From: Hemiscyllium ocellatum
Taxonomy: Eukaryota
Reading direction: 5' to 3'
Assembly (NCBI RefSeq): GCF_020745735.1
Contig: NC_083443.1
Span: 23,487,006-23,551,005 of the forward strand
Length of the DNA stretch: 64,000 nucleotides
The notes under the pieces were generated by a model that worked only from the letters and a program-made list of their open reading frames with translations, ran no database searches and was not told the DNA's origin. A program made the position numbers and the translations under genes. Of the stretch, positions 35,346 through 48,954 are shown piece by piece; position 1 is the stretch's first letter, and the number at the start of each line of letters is the position of its first letter.

Positions 35346-37390
35346 AGAAGTATCAATTCTGCTTCATAATCCACAAAAAGATGCAGAAACCTAGTGTCAT
35401 ATAATGTCAAAATTAGCAAAATAAAAAAAATATACTTTTTCCCAACACACCATATAATATGTTGCTTGTCATCACTATCTGTTCCTCAGAGATTCTGGTA
35501 ACATCTTGTTCCTGGTGCATTTTATTTTCTAGATGTGAATCCTTCCAATTACCCCTTGCTAAGGTATGCATGAATATATATTCACTCCCTGGCACAACCT
35601 GCAATGCATTGTTGTTTGGTTGTATTCCATTTTAAGTAGAAGGTGAGGGAATGGTTTCATTTCAAGTTTTTAAGATATTAAAAGGAGTTGGGCAAAATAA
35701 ATGAGGCATTTGTCTTGCTGGTTGGAGTGTTGAGGGAAAGGGTTTGTAGTCTAAAGTTTTGAGTCCGTTTTAAGAGAACTTCTAATTCAGAAAATTTCAA
35801 AATCCGAAGGGCAGTAGGAGTTTGGAACTCTACATAATTATTGATGGCTCAGTTACTAATTTTAAATCAGATTACGATAGATTATTGTTAACCAAAGGTA
35901 TGAAGGGATACGGAGCAAAGATGGCTATATGGAGTTGGGTCACAGGTGATCTATAATCTCACTGAATGCCAGAACAAGCTCAAGGGTGAGATGAAGTCCA
36001 TCTATTCCAATGTTCATATGTTCCCCAATAATATTGGAAAAATTGCTTGGACTATATGAAGTTTCATCTTTAGTTTCAAAGTTTAAGGTAGTGTTTGAAT
36101 ACTAGACCATAGGGGCTGCTCTCATTTGAGAGAACCAACTGGTGGTGATTTAACCTGAGGGCCAACAGACCTCAGGCGTGGGAAGAGGTTGAGAAGGAAA
36201 GTCCTATGGTAAGACTTCAAAGTAAAGATCTTTCTGTATAGTGACACTACATATAACATGGTTTCCTTCAGTTGGATATGCTGCTGATAAATAGCTCAAT
36301 TGATGTTTTGGCCAAACTTGCATAGCTCGGCACAAAGTGGTCTGAAGATCAGATTTTCCATTTTTCACATAGTAATAAACAAGCTAAACATTTCAATCAA
36401 GAAAATCACTCCTTTCACATACTACTGGGATTATAACATTTATTGTACTGATGATATGTGTAGGTTGGCTGAGTGGCAAATGTTTAGAAGTTCTGAGCCA
36501 ATTACAAAATGCACCTTCAAAGTAATTTCTTTCATCAAAGCAACAGAACAGAGCAAAAGAAAGCAGCAAGTATTGCACTAAAACATTCACACACCAAATT
36601 GTTATATAACAACATAAATAAAATGCACAACTGTTAGCCATCGGAAGTGCAACAGTAATGTTAAAACTGTTGCTACCCATTCTGTTACATAAAACTTTTC
36701 TTAGGCAAGGTGTACAGACAAGGACACTGAAACAATATCATAGTTTGATGCAGAAACAGGATAAAGAAAAGAATCTATCTATTGTTTGAAAGATATATTG
36801 GATGGAATTTCTTCCTTACAGAATGTAAACAGACATTCAGATGAGCCAAGCAATGAAGTGGAGGGGTTAATATATCCAGCGAAGCAAGAGCTTAGAGATT
36901 GAATTTTCAATGCCGGGTTCAAACCAAATCTTGATTTATGGTTTGATAGCATGCTTTGCTGAGTGTAATGTTCACAATATGGTCTGGATCAATTTAACAT
37001 ATAGTTATTTGGAAATGTTGCTCAGGAGGTCAAGGATGGTTGGTGTAGGAGATGGGAAAAAGATCCAAGGTTGAGGCACGGTGTTGGAGTCGGATGGGAG
37101 GAAATTCATTCAGCTTCGGGCTGTGCTGTGCAGTACTTGACTGGAAATGTGTGATATTCACACTGACTCCCCAAGGCAGGAAGCCTTTAATTTCTGGAAA
37201 GTGATATTCTTGTTGATCTTAAACTAACAATCAAAAATACAGACAGTGTTGGGTATGAGAATTATAGCTGCACATGGTGAAAGGGGTCATAATACTAACT
37301 ATGGCACCATTCCTAAAATTTCTTCAAAACTGTATTGCCTTCACAAAGAATCCAAGGATCATGGTTTATTGTTGCTTTATTGTTGCTCAC

Positions 37391-37702
37391 GGGGCAGCAT
37401 GATGGCTCAGTGGTTAGCACTGCTGCCTCACTGTACAGGGACCTGTGATTGATTCCCACCTTGAGCAACTGTCTATGTGGAGTTTGTACATTCTCCCCGT
37501 GTCTGCAAGGGTTTTCTTCAGCTGTCTGGTTTACTCCCACAATTCAAAGATGTGCAGGTTAGGTGGATTAGCCATGCTAAATTGCCCATAGTGTTAAGTG
37601 CACTAGTCAGAGGGAAATGGAGGTGTGTGGGTTACTCTTCGACGGGTCAGTGTGGACTTGTTGGGCCGAAGGGTTTGTTTCTATACTGTAGGGAATCTAA
37701 AC
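37391..37702 (+). mobile_element. HE1-like SINE about 160 bp downstream of the LRIT1 stop (antisense, probably in the 3' UTR)
   Basis: tRNA-like head, core and tail. Confidence 0.85.
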
Positions 37703-37858
37703 TTTCTATATATGTATTAGTCATGTTGAAATTCTGAAATATGGGGCTTAGATTTGATAAGCCTTTTGGCAGGGGGAATAGTGAGAAATTAGTTTCTTTG
37801 CTATTGGTATGTCCATTCAGATGAACAAGTTTGATTGATCCAAATGCATACGAATCGA

Positions 37859-38919
37859 TCAGCAGAAATATTCATGCTGTTGTACTTCACTGTTTGTTGC
37901 TTCTTCAGAATCTAAACTGGATCTTGGTGAGAGAAGTCGATTAGACTCATCTTTATTGTGACGAGTCTGATACTCTCCTTCAGCACCGCTGGGTTTGGGC
38001 CCTGTTGACAGACTCTCAAACGTGACGTATGAGTCATTTTGGAAACCCTCTTCTGGTGGCTTAATCAGAAACTTTCTGCAGCGCCTCTTTAGTGCTCCAC
38101 AGCAGACAATGAGAGTGAGAGGGACCACAATAACACAGGCCACGGTGATCACCACCAGGTTAATCAGTTTCTGTGTCCCACTTGCATTAGCTACTTCATC
38201 TGTGGAGAAAATCACGCACTGCTCCTTCTTGGGAATGAGGCCTTTGAGACAAATGCAAACAATGTACTTGGTCTGTGGCATTAAACCACCAATGGTGATT
38301 TTGGTCTTTCCAGGACCCACATTTATTCTTCGCATTTCCCTTTCACCGAAAGTTGTGTATAGAATGCTAAAGATTGTGATATTTGTAGCCTTTGGAGATC
38401 TCCAAGCCAGGGAAACACTATGATAGGTACCCCCTATAACTCTAACAGTTCTGACCAGACAGTCTGCTTCTGGCTGAGTTGAAGAAGGACTAGATGTAAT
38501 ATTGTCAGAAAAGTCATCAGCACTTCTTCGCTTTTCCAATAAGCCACTAACTTGTGGAGGATCCATAACCTGTGAAACAATTTCTGATGCATCTTCATTT
38601 GGTTTAACCTGGTGGTTCGGCATGAGGAAGTAATCTGTCCCATTTATAGCATGAGAGATCCCTGATGACTCCCTTGGTGATACTGTGGTGGTCAGTGCAG
38701 TCACATACTTGGCCATGAGCTTCCTCATTTTTCTTTTGGGTGTGGTTTTGATTGGTGCTAATTCAATGGCAGAGTTCACCACAAGAAGGGAAATCGAAGC
38801 ATTTGATGTACCCACCAAATTACTGGCTCTGCACAAATATATTCCAGAATCCTGATGGGATGCAGTTGATAGACTGAGTGCAGACCACTTCAATCTCTCA
38901 TGAGAATTGTCCTGTATTA
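37859..38919 (-). CDS. LRIT1: LRIT1 coding exon 4 (Ig end, S/T-rich stalk, FN3, TM, tail ending EYFC)
   Basis: Acceptor tttacag|TA. DSGIYLCRASNLVG, KTKITIGGLMPQTKYIVCIC, KEQCVIFSTDEV, TM, YVTFESL, RLLSPRSS and C-terminal EYFC typical of LRIT1. The four exons total 1962 nt = 653 aa + stop. Confidence 0.95.
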
Positions 38920-39430
38920 CTGTAAAACACAACATTTGCAGCATTTTATATTTGAGTTTGAAGTTACAAGAATATGTGCTTTTTTTGGATTAAGAATGAA
39001 ATACATTTAAATGTGCCCACTGTTCTTCCTCATCAACTAGTGTTGTCTATAGAAATTGCTGGCAAATATTGGAACAGGTGTAAAATAATCTTGATAAAAG
39101 TAAGAAAAGACTTTCATGTTATAATGGGTTCTTCTGATTTGAAGGCTAAAATTTGCAACTAACAATTGTACTTCAACATCATAGATTTTCAAGATGAATC
39201 ACAGGAATTATTACTGTGCAGAAGAAAAAAAAATCATTCAGCCTATCTTGTCTGTTCTAGCTCTCTGAATGAACAATTCACTTAGTGCCATTCTCCTGCA
39301 TTCTCCCAGTGAGCCTGCACATTGTTTCTTTTCACAATAACTATCTAATTCCCTTTTGAATATCTCCACACTTTCAAGCAGTGCATTCCATACCTTAACC
39401 ACTCACAGCATGAAAAACACTTTTGTTGTA

Positions 39431-39701
39431 GTGAGAGGGAAAAGATATAAAAGAGACCAAAGAGGCAACTTTTTCACGCAGAGGGTGGTACGTGTATGGG
39501 ATGAGCTGCCAGAGGAAGTGATGGAGGCTGGTAGAATTGCAACATTTAAGAGGCATTTGGATGGGTATATGAATAAGAAGGGTTTGGAGGGATATGGGCT
39601 GGGTGCTGGCAGGTTGGACTAGATTGGGTTGGGATATCTGGTCGGCATGGATGGGTTGGACCGAAATGTCTGTTTCCATGCTGTACTTCTCTATGACTCT
39701 A
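39431..39701 (+). mobile_element. CR1/HER1 3' end in LRIT1 intron 3, nested in an older minus-strand CR1
   Basis: NFFTQRVVRVWDELPEEV...FKRHLDGYM and tail. Confidence 0.8.
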
Positions 39702-41469
39702 TATCATTTTTGTTATTTTTCACTAATTACTTTAAATCTGTTTCCACTCATCCTTGATCCTTTCATGAATGAGAACAATTTCCCCCTATTTACTCTATCT
39801 TGATCTTGAATACTTCAAAGAGATCACTGAGCTTCTTTTCTCTGAGCTCAACAGTCTCAATTTCTCCAACATATCTTCATAATTGCCCTCATCCCTGTAA
39901 CCATTCTGGTAAACGTCTGTACACTCATCAATTGCCTTCCCTTATTTTTCGAAAGTTCAGTGCCCAGAACTGGGTGCAATATTCCAGCAGAAGCTGAAGG
40001 AGTGTCTTACATAACTTCAATATAACTTCCTTGCTCTTATACCCTGTGCCCCCATTAATAGAGTTTCATATACAGTATGTTCTATTACCAGTTCTCTCAA
40101 CCTCTCCTGCCACCTTTATGATTTGTGCACATTTACACCAAGAACTTTCCAACCTTACATTTCCTTTAGAGTTATTTCTTTTATTTTATATTGTCTCTCC
40201 ATGTTCTTCTACACAAAGCTATCACCTCACATTCTCTGCATTGATCTTTATCTGCTGCATAACCACCCTGTACCCGTGTATGTTCATCTGAATTTCTACA
40301 TGATTCCCTTCATGGTTGACAATGCTGCCAAGTCCCATATCGTTTGTGATTTTGAAATTGTACTATATATTTTAAAAGTTAATATTTAGCAGGAAATGCA
40401 AGACTCTCAACACTGACCTTGGGGACTTTCACGACAAACCTTCCCAGACCAATACTCTGTTTCCTGTCAGTCAGCCAATATAATAGCTTAAATCTACCAC
40501 AGAAGTGCACGTTAAAATAGGAGTTTTTTTTAAAAAAACTCACTCATGAATTTTGGGTGCCGCAGACTGGACCAGGGTTTATTGCTTGTCCCTGGTTACC
40601 TTTGAGAAGGTAATGGTGAGTTCTTGAACTGTGGTCTTAAAAAGATATGTCAGAAGGCAGCTTCAAATTAAAAGACACGTGTTTCATATTAATGTACATT
40701 TCTTTACACAGTAGAATTTCAGGGCTTTGATCAACTGCCACAGCTTGCATATTTCACAAACATTTACAGATAAATTATAGCAGGCAATCTAATGGTAAGA
40801 CTTTGTTCAGGAGTGAATTAAGGGTTGTGGAACCCAGATAGGTAAACGGAGTTAAGATACAATTCAATCATGACATAACTGGATGGCAGGACATGCTTAT
40901 GAGGATGAATACCCTATTCCTGTTCCAATGCCCCAATGAGAAATTACAATCCTTAATCCTATTTAGTTGGGCTAATCTAAGAAACATCAAAGTTTAATGT
41001 AAAGGAAAAGCTTATTGGGAACAGAACATTTGCCTCTGCAGCAGTGTGAAGTAAACTTTTGAAGTCATACAATGTTTATGGACATATAGAACACGTGGAT
41101 TATGCAAGATAAGATGGTCAACTAGGTGTAATTGTAAGACAATATTTTATTGGAAGGATCCAACGTTAAATTATGAAAGCAAACCTAAAAGTTTTAAATT
41201 GTTATCTAAAAATAGATCATTACATTTTGGTTGCGGTAACATGCCCAAATATTTCGTAAAAATCTATTCTTGACTGATAATTTTTCAACATGTGTACTGG
41301 CTATAATCAATGTGCCAATCTCTTTAGTGAAAAATGTAATGTATTTATTGAGATTAGTATAAATAAGTAACAGTTGGGTATCTTTTGGAGCTTAATGCTT
41401 CCTTAGCATCAGAGTTTAGTTTTTAACTAAAAACAGTTAAAAAATGGCTTTATTTGATCAGAGACCTAC

Positions 41470-41775
41470 CTGTATCATTCAACAGGATATTATCCAGTCT
41501 AAGCCAACTAATGTCTGGAATGGGAACCCCTGTAGCGACACAATATAGTGAGACAATTCTTCCCATGACTGTGGTCACTTTACTTTCCACGGCATGAATT
41601 GTTGGACTCTGACACTTTTTTAGGTCAATGCTGCTGAGTTGGGATTCAGAGAGGTTTTCTGGCCATGTGCACTTTAATCCAGGGTCCATCAAAGCTGTAG
41701 TTAAACCATTCCTCTTGACCAAATGAACTAGTTCTGACAATCTGCAGTCACATTTCCAAGGGTTGCCATGTAGTC
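41470..41775 (-). CDS. LRIT1: LRIT1 coding exon 3 (LRRCT + Ig first half)
   Basis: Acceptor caatag|GA. GLHGNPWKCDCRL...CVATGVPIPDISW. Donor G|gtagg; 306 nt, phase 1-1. Confidence 0.95.
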
Positions 41776-42279
41776 CTATTGAAAGGAACAAGTGTACATT
41801 TCGTTCAGAGGAAAGGATTGCAAAACATGTGGATCTGCACTGTTGGATATAAATTCTTTCATTTTATTATATCTTTATTTTAAATATTTTAGATACACAT
41901 TTTTAAATTATTGATCCGGCCTGCACAGCAAGGCTTTCAGCTCTTCTGAAGTTTTGATGTGAGTTGTTATCTCACAGTTTCTGATAGTCCAAGGGACCAA
42001 TCAGTCATTATGCAGTATGCCTCAGTAAAGTATTACACTCTGGAGGGTAATACAGCCAACTACTGTGATATCCTCACCTTGCATCTTTTCCAAGGCACTG
42101 ATGAGGAGCAGAAATCCTAGTTAATATTTACTCTGGCAGGAAATGCCATCTCAGTTGTACTGTTCTCATTGCCACATTACTTCAGAATTGCAAACTCATC
42201 ACGTGAAAGACATTAAAGTTCATATTTGATTGAATATTCTACCCTCCCAACAAGTCACATAACTGAACAAAAAAAAAGT

Positions 42280-43165
42280 GGAAAGGCAGGTTACGAAAGG
42301 GGAACAGACAATTTACAGAGATATTGAAAGTTTAAGTAAGTGGGCAAAACGTTGGCAAATGAAGTACAATGTGGGAAAATGCATAGATGTTCATTGAGAA
42401 CAAAAGCACAGAATATTATTTAAATGAGAAAAACTGTAGAAAGTTGCAACACAAAGGGCTTTGGGTACGTGAAACACAGAAAGCTAGCAAACAGGCACAG
42501 CAGATAATCATGAAAACTAATGGAATGTTGGCCCTTATTTCAATGGGGTTGGGCGTAAAGAGTAGGGAAATTTTACTGCAACTGTACAAGGTGCTAATGA
42601 GACCACATCTGGAGAACTGTGAGCAATTTTAGTCCCTTCTATTTAAAAAAAGATATAATTTTATTGGAGGCAGTTCAGTGAAAGTTCACTCAGATAATCC
42701 CTGTTCTGGAATAAAGATTAAACAGGTTGGGATTCTACTTTCTGGAATTTAGAAGTATGAGAGGTGATTTCATTGAAACATAGGATTATTGTGAAGCTTG
42801 ACAGGGTAAATGTTTAGAGGATGTTTCCCCTTACGGGAGACCCTAGGGTCAGAGAGTTTAGTTTCAGAATAAAGGGACACCAATTCAAGGCTGAGGTGTG
42901 GAGGAATTTCTTCACTCAGAAAGTTTTGAGTCTTTGGAATCTTTGCTACAGATATCTGTTAGGCATTGTCCATATATATATATATATATATATATAAAAT
43001 AAGGCTGAGATAAATAGATGCTTGATCAGTAGGGGAATCAAGTGTTTTGGTGAAAGGGAAGGAAAGTTGATGTGAGGACTGGTGGATCAGCCATGCTCCC
43101 GTTGAAGAGTGGAGCAGATTCAAGGAGTCAAATGACCTACTCTTGTTCGTATATCTTATTGTCTT
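42280..43165 (+). mobile_element. Older CR1-like LINE 3' fragment with (TA)n at about 42972-42995
   Basis: LLQLYKVLMRPHLENCEQF and related motifs. Confidence 0.75.
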
Positions 43166-44258
43166 CGCAAAGTTGTGTAACACCCAGTCTTAAGGTGGTT
43201 ATGAGAAATATTAAAATGGTCCCTACATTCATTTGGTCATAATTGTTATGAAAAATTAATAAGTGATGTAACTAAAATTTTACATGAATGCACAATCTAT
43301 CATTTGTAGTCACATTGTCTTTAGTTGCTAATTTTATGACATTAATTTGTTTATTTGTAAATTTAAGTGCAATAACAACAAACATTGACATTTGCCAAGG
43401 AGAAGTGTGGGACTTGAACTGACTCTATATCTATATTCTCTCTTTGATTGAAGTCAGGTACATGAAAAATAAAGTATTATAAAAAAGCATATGCTGAGGA
43501 ATGATATGAAATCAATTGGACTCCTAATTTATGTTGTGGTAAATCTGAACATACTGGGTATACTGTACAGGAAAACATACAATATTGCAGTTTTTTATGT
43601 ATTGGCAATTGAATACAGTCCTAATAGTTTCTTCAGTGTGTTCTGAATCATGATGACGAAAAGGCAAGTGGGGTATAAAATTACCACAGTGTTGCCTATT
43701 ATTTTGCATTATAGAGGTGTTTGTCCTTGCTGTTTAGTTATGAGCACCATATCATGTGTGATGATTAAGAGTTGTTTCAGCGTCACTTTATACAAACAGG
43801 AGGATAACCGCAAATTCAAAATACATTGCACCAGCAATCAGTTAAAACTCATAGTCAACAAAAAGTAGGCAACTAGCTTGAGGTAAAAGAAAATTAACAT
43901 ACATATAGAAGTAAAACTAATGATTTGAGCCAGAGATATTGTTAATTATTGCAGGCTAAAGTCAAATGATTCAAAATAAATAAGTTGAGGTAAGAGTATA
44001 GCAGAGACACACTTGCCATAGTGAAAAGCAAATGCATAACAGAGGAATATTATATTTCTGTTATTACATGTGACAGTGCAGCTTTCTCTAAAATTGCTTG
44101 CTTAAGAAACTAATCACCAATAAAGATGTATTATTTTAATGGAGAATTGTGTCAATAATTTAGCTAAAGATCTACCTTTTATGAGAATGAAACATTATTG
44201 ATGGTTTTTTACAAATGAGTCTACTGCACAGCAGAGATAGGACATTCTTTGTGCTTAC

Positions 44259-44731
44259 CTATGATGCGCTTTGAATTGTCGGTTGATGAAGTTGCACGGC
44301 ACACCTTTGGAGCAGTCAGCCATATGGAAATCACTTTGATTGACAAGGTGGTCAGCTGGTTTCCTGATAAATCCAGGTAGGTGATATTTCTTAAATAAGT
44401 GGCTGCTTGGCTCGGGAATGATTGAAGAACATTGTCATGTAGGTCAAGGAGCCAGAGTTGTGGCAAATAAGAAAGGGCTTCCCATGGAAAAGTTGCAAGT
44501 GCATTTCTATCCAGACGAAGTTCCTTCAGACCGATTACACTCTGCAGACTCTCTCTGTCAAAGCTGCTAATGGAGTTACTGGACAGCCAAATGTACTCCA
44601 GACTGGAGATAGAAGAGAAAGCTTGAATGGGAATTTGTTGAATTAATGTTTTCTCAATCACTAGTTTTACAGTTTCAGCTGGAATATTGTTTGGAAACAG
44701 AATCATTTCAGGGTCATTACAAAGCACAGTC
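44259..44731 (-). CDS. LRIT1: LRIT1 coding exon 2 (LRRs)
   Basis: Acceptor tttcag|G. TVLCNDPEM...LKELRLDRNALATFPWEAL...YLDLSGNQLTTL. Donor G|gtaag at 44259/44258. Confidence 0.95.
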
Positions 44732-45410
44732 CTGAAAGTAAAGAGAATCTCTTGTTAGTTTAATTATTCATTACATGTGACAACTAAACAAACTTTTTAG
44801 TTGCAGAGAACACAGCATGGTAATTTTTTTTGCTTGTTTGTGATCCAGTTTTCTCCCATCTTTGCTTGAAAGCTGCCGTGACACTGAGTGTTATCAATTC
44901 TCCTGTAATATGTCTGAGTAATGTGGACCTAGGCAGTGTGGAACAGCCAGTTGATCTACCATGAAAAGTGAGGGCTATGAGAGCAAAGATAAGGCCTTAT
45001 CATGCCAATAATTTTTCCATCCCTGAAGTGAAGGAGAAGATTTAGCTCTCCCTATTCCTGGAAACCAATTATGTTGTCCTCATTTCAGTCTTAGCTGAAA
45101 TCTGGCATTGGGCTTGCTAGGCCTCCAGCTTCACTACCAACTGAAGAACATTGGGTCCAAAAAGCTTCACTTGTTTGCAAGTAGCCCTCTGCTGCTCAGA
45201 ACCAGGTTTAGACAGATATTCTCTTACTCTAAGCATTAATGAGGCATGAATAATAGGAAATGTAATATAGGATATGCATCCATCAATTAAGAATGGTTGT
45301 ACTAATCTTGATTTAACTTCAGCTGAAAAATGCCAGAAACAGCAAAGACAAGTCAGAAGTGGTGCTCAAAGAAGTTCTTACCACATTCCATTTGAGTTAC
45401 AGCAGCCATT

Positions 45411-45712
45411 TGGGTAGCAGGGTGGCTCAGTGGTTAGCACTGTTGCCTCACAGTACCAGGGAGCTGGGTTCAATTCCAGCCTCAGGTGACTGTCTGTGTG
45501 GAGTTTTTATGTTCTCCCTGTGTCTGTGTGGATTTCCTCTGGGTGCTCTGTTTCCTCCCACAGTCCAAAGATGTGCAGGTTAGGGTGAGTTGATCATGCT
45601 AAGTTGCCCATGGTGTTCAGGGGAATGGGTCTGGGTGGGATGCTTTTCAGAGGGTAAGTGTGGATACTTTGGGCTGAATGGCCTGTTTCCATACTGTAAG
45701 GATTCTAATCTA
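45411..45712 (+). mobile_element. HE1-like SINE in LRIT1 intron 1
   Basis: tRNA-like head, core and tail. Confidence 0.85.
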
Positions 45713-46386
45713 GCTCAATTTTTTTTACCTTCTCTTAAATTGTATTACTTATTATCAAATGCAATATATGTATTTGTCAGTAATATGCACTTTGGAGAAG
45801 TAATCTAAATGTAAGTGCCTCAATGAAAGTATAATGGAGCTTCACATTTAATCTGTAGGAATGGAAATGTCTTGACTAATTAAGACTTAATTCACGAGGT
45901 CGACAGCTCACAAGAAATTACCTCAGATCTGACATCAATCAAAGAAATACATAATAGTTTCCTGAATTAAGCATGATTTCAATATTTATAATTCTCTTTT
46001 AGTTTAGACAATGCAGGTAAGGAGTAAAAATTGTATTGTAGAATAAAATACAATGTCAAATATTAAATATTGAGCAAAGTTATCCTCAGTGCTTTTTTGA
46101 GCATTGTAAAATGTTTCCAAAAATATGCAATGATATTCTACAATTTACCTCAGTACAAAATATACATATATAAATTGATATTATGGTAGATGCTGCTAGA
46201 AATCTATTAGAAAAGCACAACTAAAATTAATCTCTTCGGAAGTAAAAATGTTGAACATTAGAAATGATAAATTAAGTGCATGGAACTTTGGAAAGGACAA
46301 TTTCAATTGTACAACTATGCAGTTTCAGTTATAAAATAATTAGATGTCTCTCCCAATTTAAACCCAAAGTTGAAATGCTGAGATAC

Positions 46387-46508
46387 CTTGTCATGTGTTC
46401 ACCACTGTAATTCTGGAATGTGCAAATGCATTGAGAAGGGCACAAGCAGAAAGTCACAGATAGATCGCCAAAACACAAAAAGCAAAGCATCCAAATGTTG
46501 AGTGACAT
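46387..46508 (-). CDS. LRIT1: LRIT1 coding exon 1 (signal peptide + CPSQC LRRNT)
   Basis: ATG at 46508: MSLNIWMLCFLCFGDLSVTFCLCPSQCICTFQNYSGEHMTR. Donor AG|gtatc; 122 nt, phase 2. Confidence 0.92.
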
Positions 46509-46559
46509 TTTCTCTGCTCCTCATAGCACTGGTGATCTGAAGACTGTGCTGCTTAACAC

Positions 46560-46690
46560 AGCTCCAGCAACATCTCTCTGTCTTTGTGGCTCACAATCCA
46601 AAGTCCTCAGCTGCTACAGTGAATCCTGAGATAAAAAAAGGATAGAAAAGGATTAAGAAGGGCTTTCTGCTGTCATGAGATTGGTATATA
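46560..46690 (-). promoter_or_regulatory. Putative LRIT1 proximal promoter (CRX/OTX2 site)
   Basis: GGATTAAG at 46650-46657 (CTTAATCC on the gene strand), about 145 bp upstream of the ATG, with an adjacent TGCTG Maf-like half site. Confidence 0.4.
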
Positions 46691-48954
46691 GTCTGGGCAC
46701 CATCGGGAGATATTGTACTGAGAGAGCTAACATGCACGGATGTGAATTATCCTGGCATTGTTTTATTCTCATTAAATGCATGTGCATTTGTTTGCATGGA
46801 GATTAATTGGATAGTATCATTCAATATGATACCACTGCAGAAGGGTAGGAATAGACTGAATAGTCTACTTAGATAAAGTAGAACCCTTCCCTATTGTTGA
46901 TGGACCAATGGTTTACTTCTGTTTTATATCATTCTGAAATAAAAATCATGTTGTACTAATTATTTAATTGCTAAATGGAAAAAGCCATAAATGTTTGATG
47001 AAACCAAAGGTAAATGCTATAGGCAGTATAGCTGGCATTCCTTCCAATCCATATCTGTTCAAAAAAGCGGCATGCATGTTCAGTTCAAGACTGACACGAT
47101 GCTCAAGGTGTGTTTGAGGGTAAACCTAAAATCTGAGGAAGTTGATTAAACATAACTGAAACTGCTGGACAGGACTCTTATGGTACAGCAGTAGCGTCCC
47201 TACCTCTAAACCAGGAGGCTTGGATTCAACTCTCGCCTGCTCCAGGGGATGTGTCATGATACCTTTGATACAGGTCGATTAAAAATACCTGAAACCTGAT
47301 GGAGGAAAAGGTTTCTGGTGAATGAGCAAGTGGGAAGTAATTTAAAAGGTAACTGCATTAAGCCTTCTAAAAATGTTTTCTGTACTGTTACTGTGTTTTC
47401 ATCTGGGCTGCTAGACTTTTATGAACTGGAGTGACAGGTATTATTTTGCCACAACCCCCAAAGGGAACCAAGGCTAGACAATATATGCTGGTCTGACCAG
47501 AAACAATGACATCCTATGAACTAATAAAGGAAGTAAATATGTCTTTATTTGGGAAGTGTTTGCCACTGGGAAACTTTCAAAGTGATGTCCAGTGGAAAAG
47601 TGGACAAGTGATAATCTACCACATCATTCAGGCTTCTTGATGGGTACTGTGAGATTTTCAGTGTGCACCTACAGCCTGCAGTCTTAAAGCCACAGGAAGC
47701 TCATCTTGGCTGACATTGGGAAATGGAGCCTCCTCTTCTGAGTGATGTCTTCATCACTGGCACTTTGAATGACAATATAATGCAATGTGACTCTCTGCCT
47801 CATCATTCTGCCTATAGGCTCTTCAGTAAGTATATAATCTCAGCATGGTATTGTACGAAAAGTGGCATGCCAACATGATCAGGAATAAATGTGGCCTGTT
47901 TGCCCACACCTACCATAACGCATTTCTATGGGCCATGTGAAAACCTAAGATGTGATAACCTCCCTGCCCAGCATCTGTACGTTTATATGTTTATATCCCT
48001 CAACCTTTCTAATTCTCCACATGTGTTGTTATATTTCCACTGTGTGTAGATTTTATTTCTTTATTTTTCTCTCATACTTCTCTGCATTGCAATGCATCTT
48101 GCAATGTCTCTTTAAAATCTTTCATAGTGCTTTTTTGTCAAATTGTTGGATTTTGTATCAAGCAGCAACTATTAATGTTGAGCTCCTCGTGACCAAGTAC
48201 CAATCATCATCTGTTCAAATAACCTAGCTCTGGCTCTTTATAAATCGCAGTTTACATTTTGTTTGGTTCACTTCATATAAATTATCTACTTTCACCAATT
48301 TATCACAACTACTAAAACAAGTAAATGGAACTGCATATTGTTCAATCAAATTGTTTTGATCTCTCAACTAGCCTCAAAACAAGTCTTATTCTAACTTAGA
48401 TTGTTTTCTCTCATTTTGTGCTTGGTCTCCATTTATTTTACTCTGGTGATTATAGCACAATTAGTGCATTACAGCATGCAGCAAAGCCTATCTCTTCCAT
48501 TACTTGATTGTGAGTGTGGCTGCTATAAAACACGTTAAGGGACTGCATCAGTTTTGTAAATGTGGCACAGATTCTTGTCGCAAATGGCAACTCTAATAAT
48601 GATTTTCTTAATCTGACCCAATGCTTAACCAGATTTGAAAACCCAACCAAGTGATGATTCACAACCCTCACCATCTGTTATTTTGCAATTTATTGAAAGC
48701 ATACTTACTTTAATAAAATCTGATGTCTCTGAGATAGAGTGCAGAGATGGATTATCTTATTCACATGATATGATTGTATGAACATCCCCAGAGTTTAATT
48801 GAATATTTTTGTCATTTGGCTCATGCAAATACATCTTATGTGAGTTCAGACCAATGGCCCCTTAATAATCCAATCTTTGTTTGGCTAATGGCAGCTTAGC
48901 TAAGCTCTTAAAACCAAATTAGCTGTCAATTATTTTTGGGTGATTTTTCTTCTG

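Noticed and set aside
37995-38423. 142-aa plus-strand ORF (and similar ones at 21903-22432)
   Set aside because: Antisense shadows of the LRIT1 and LRIT2 last exons.
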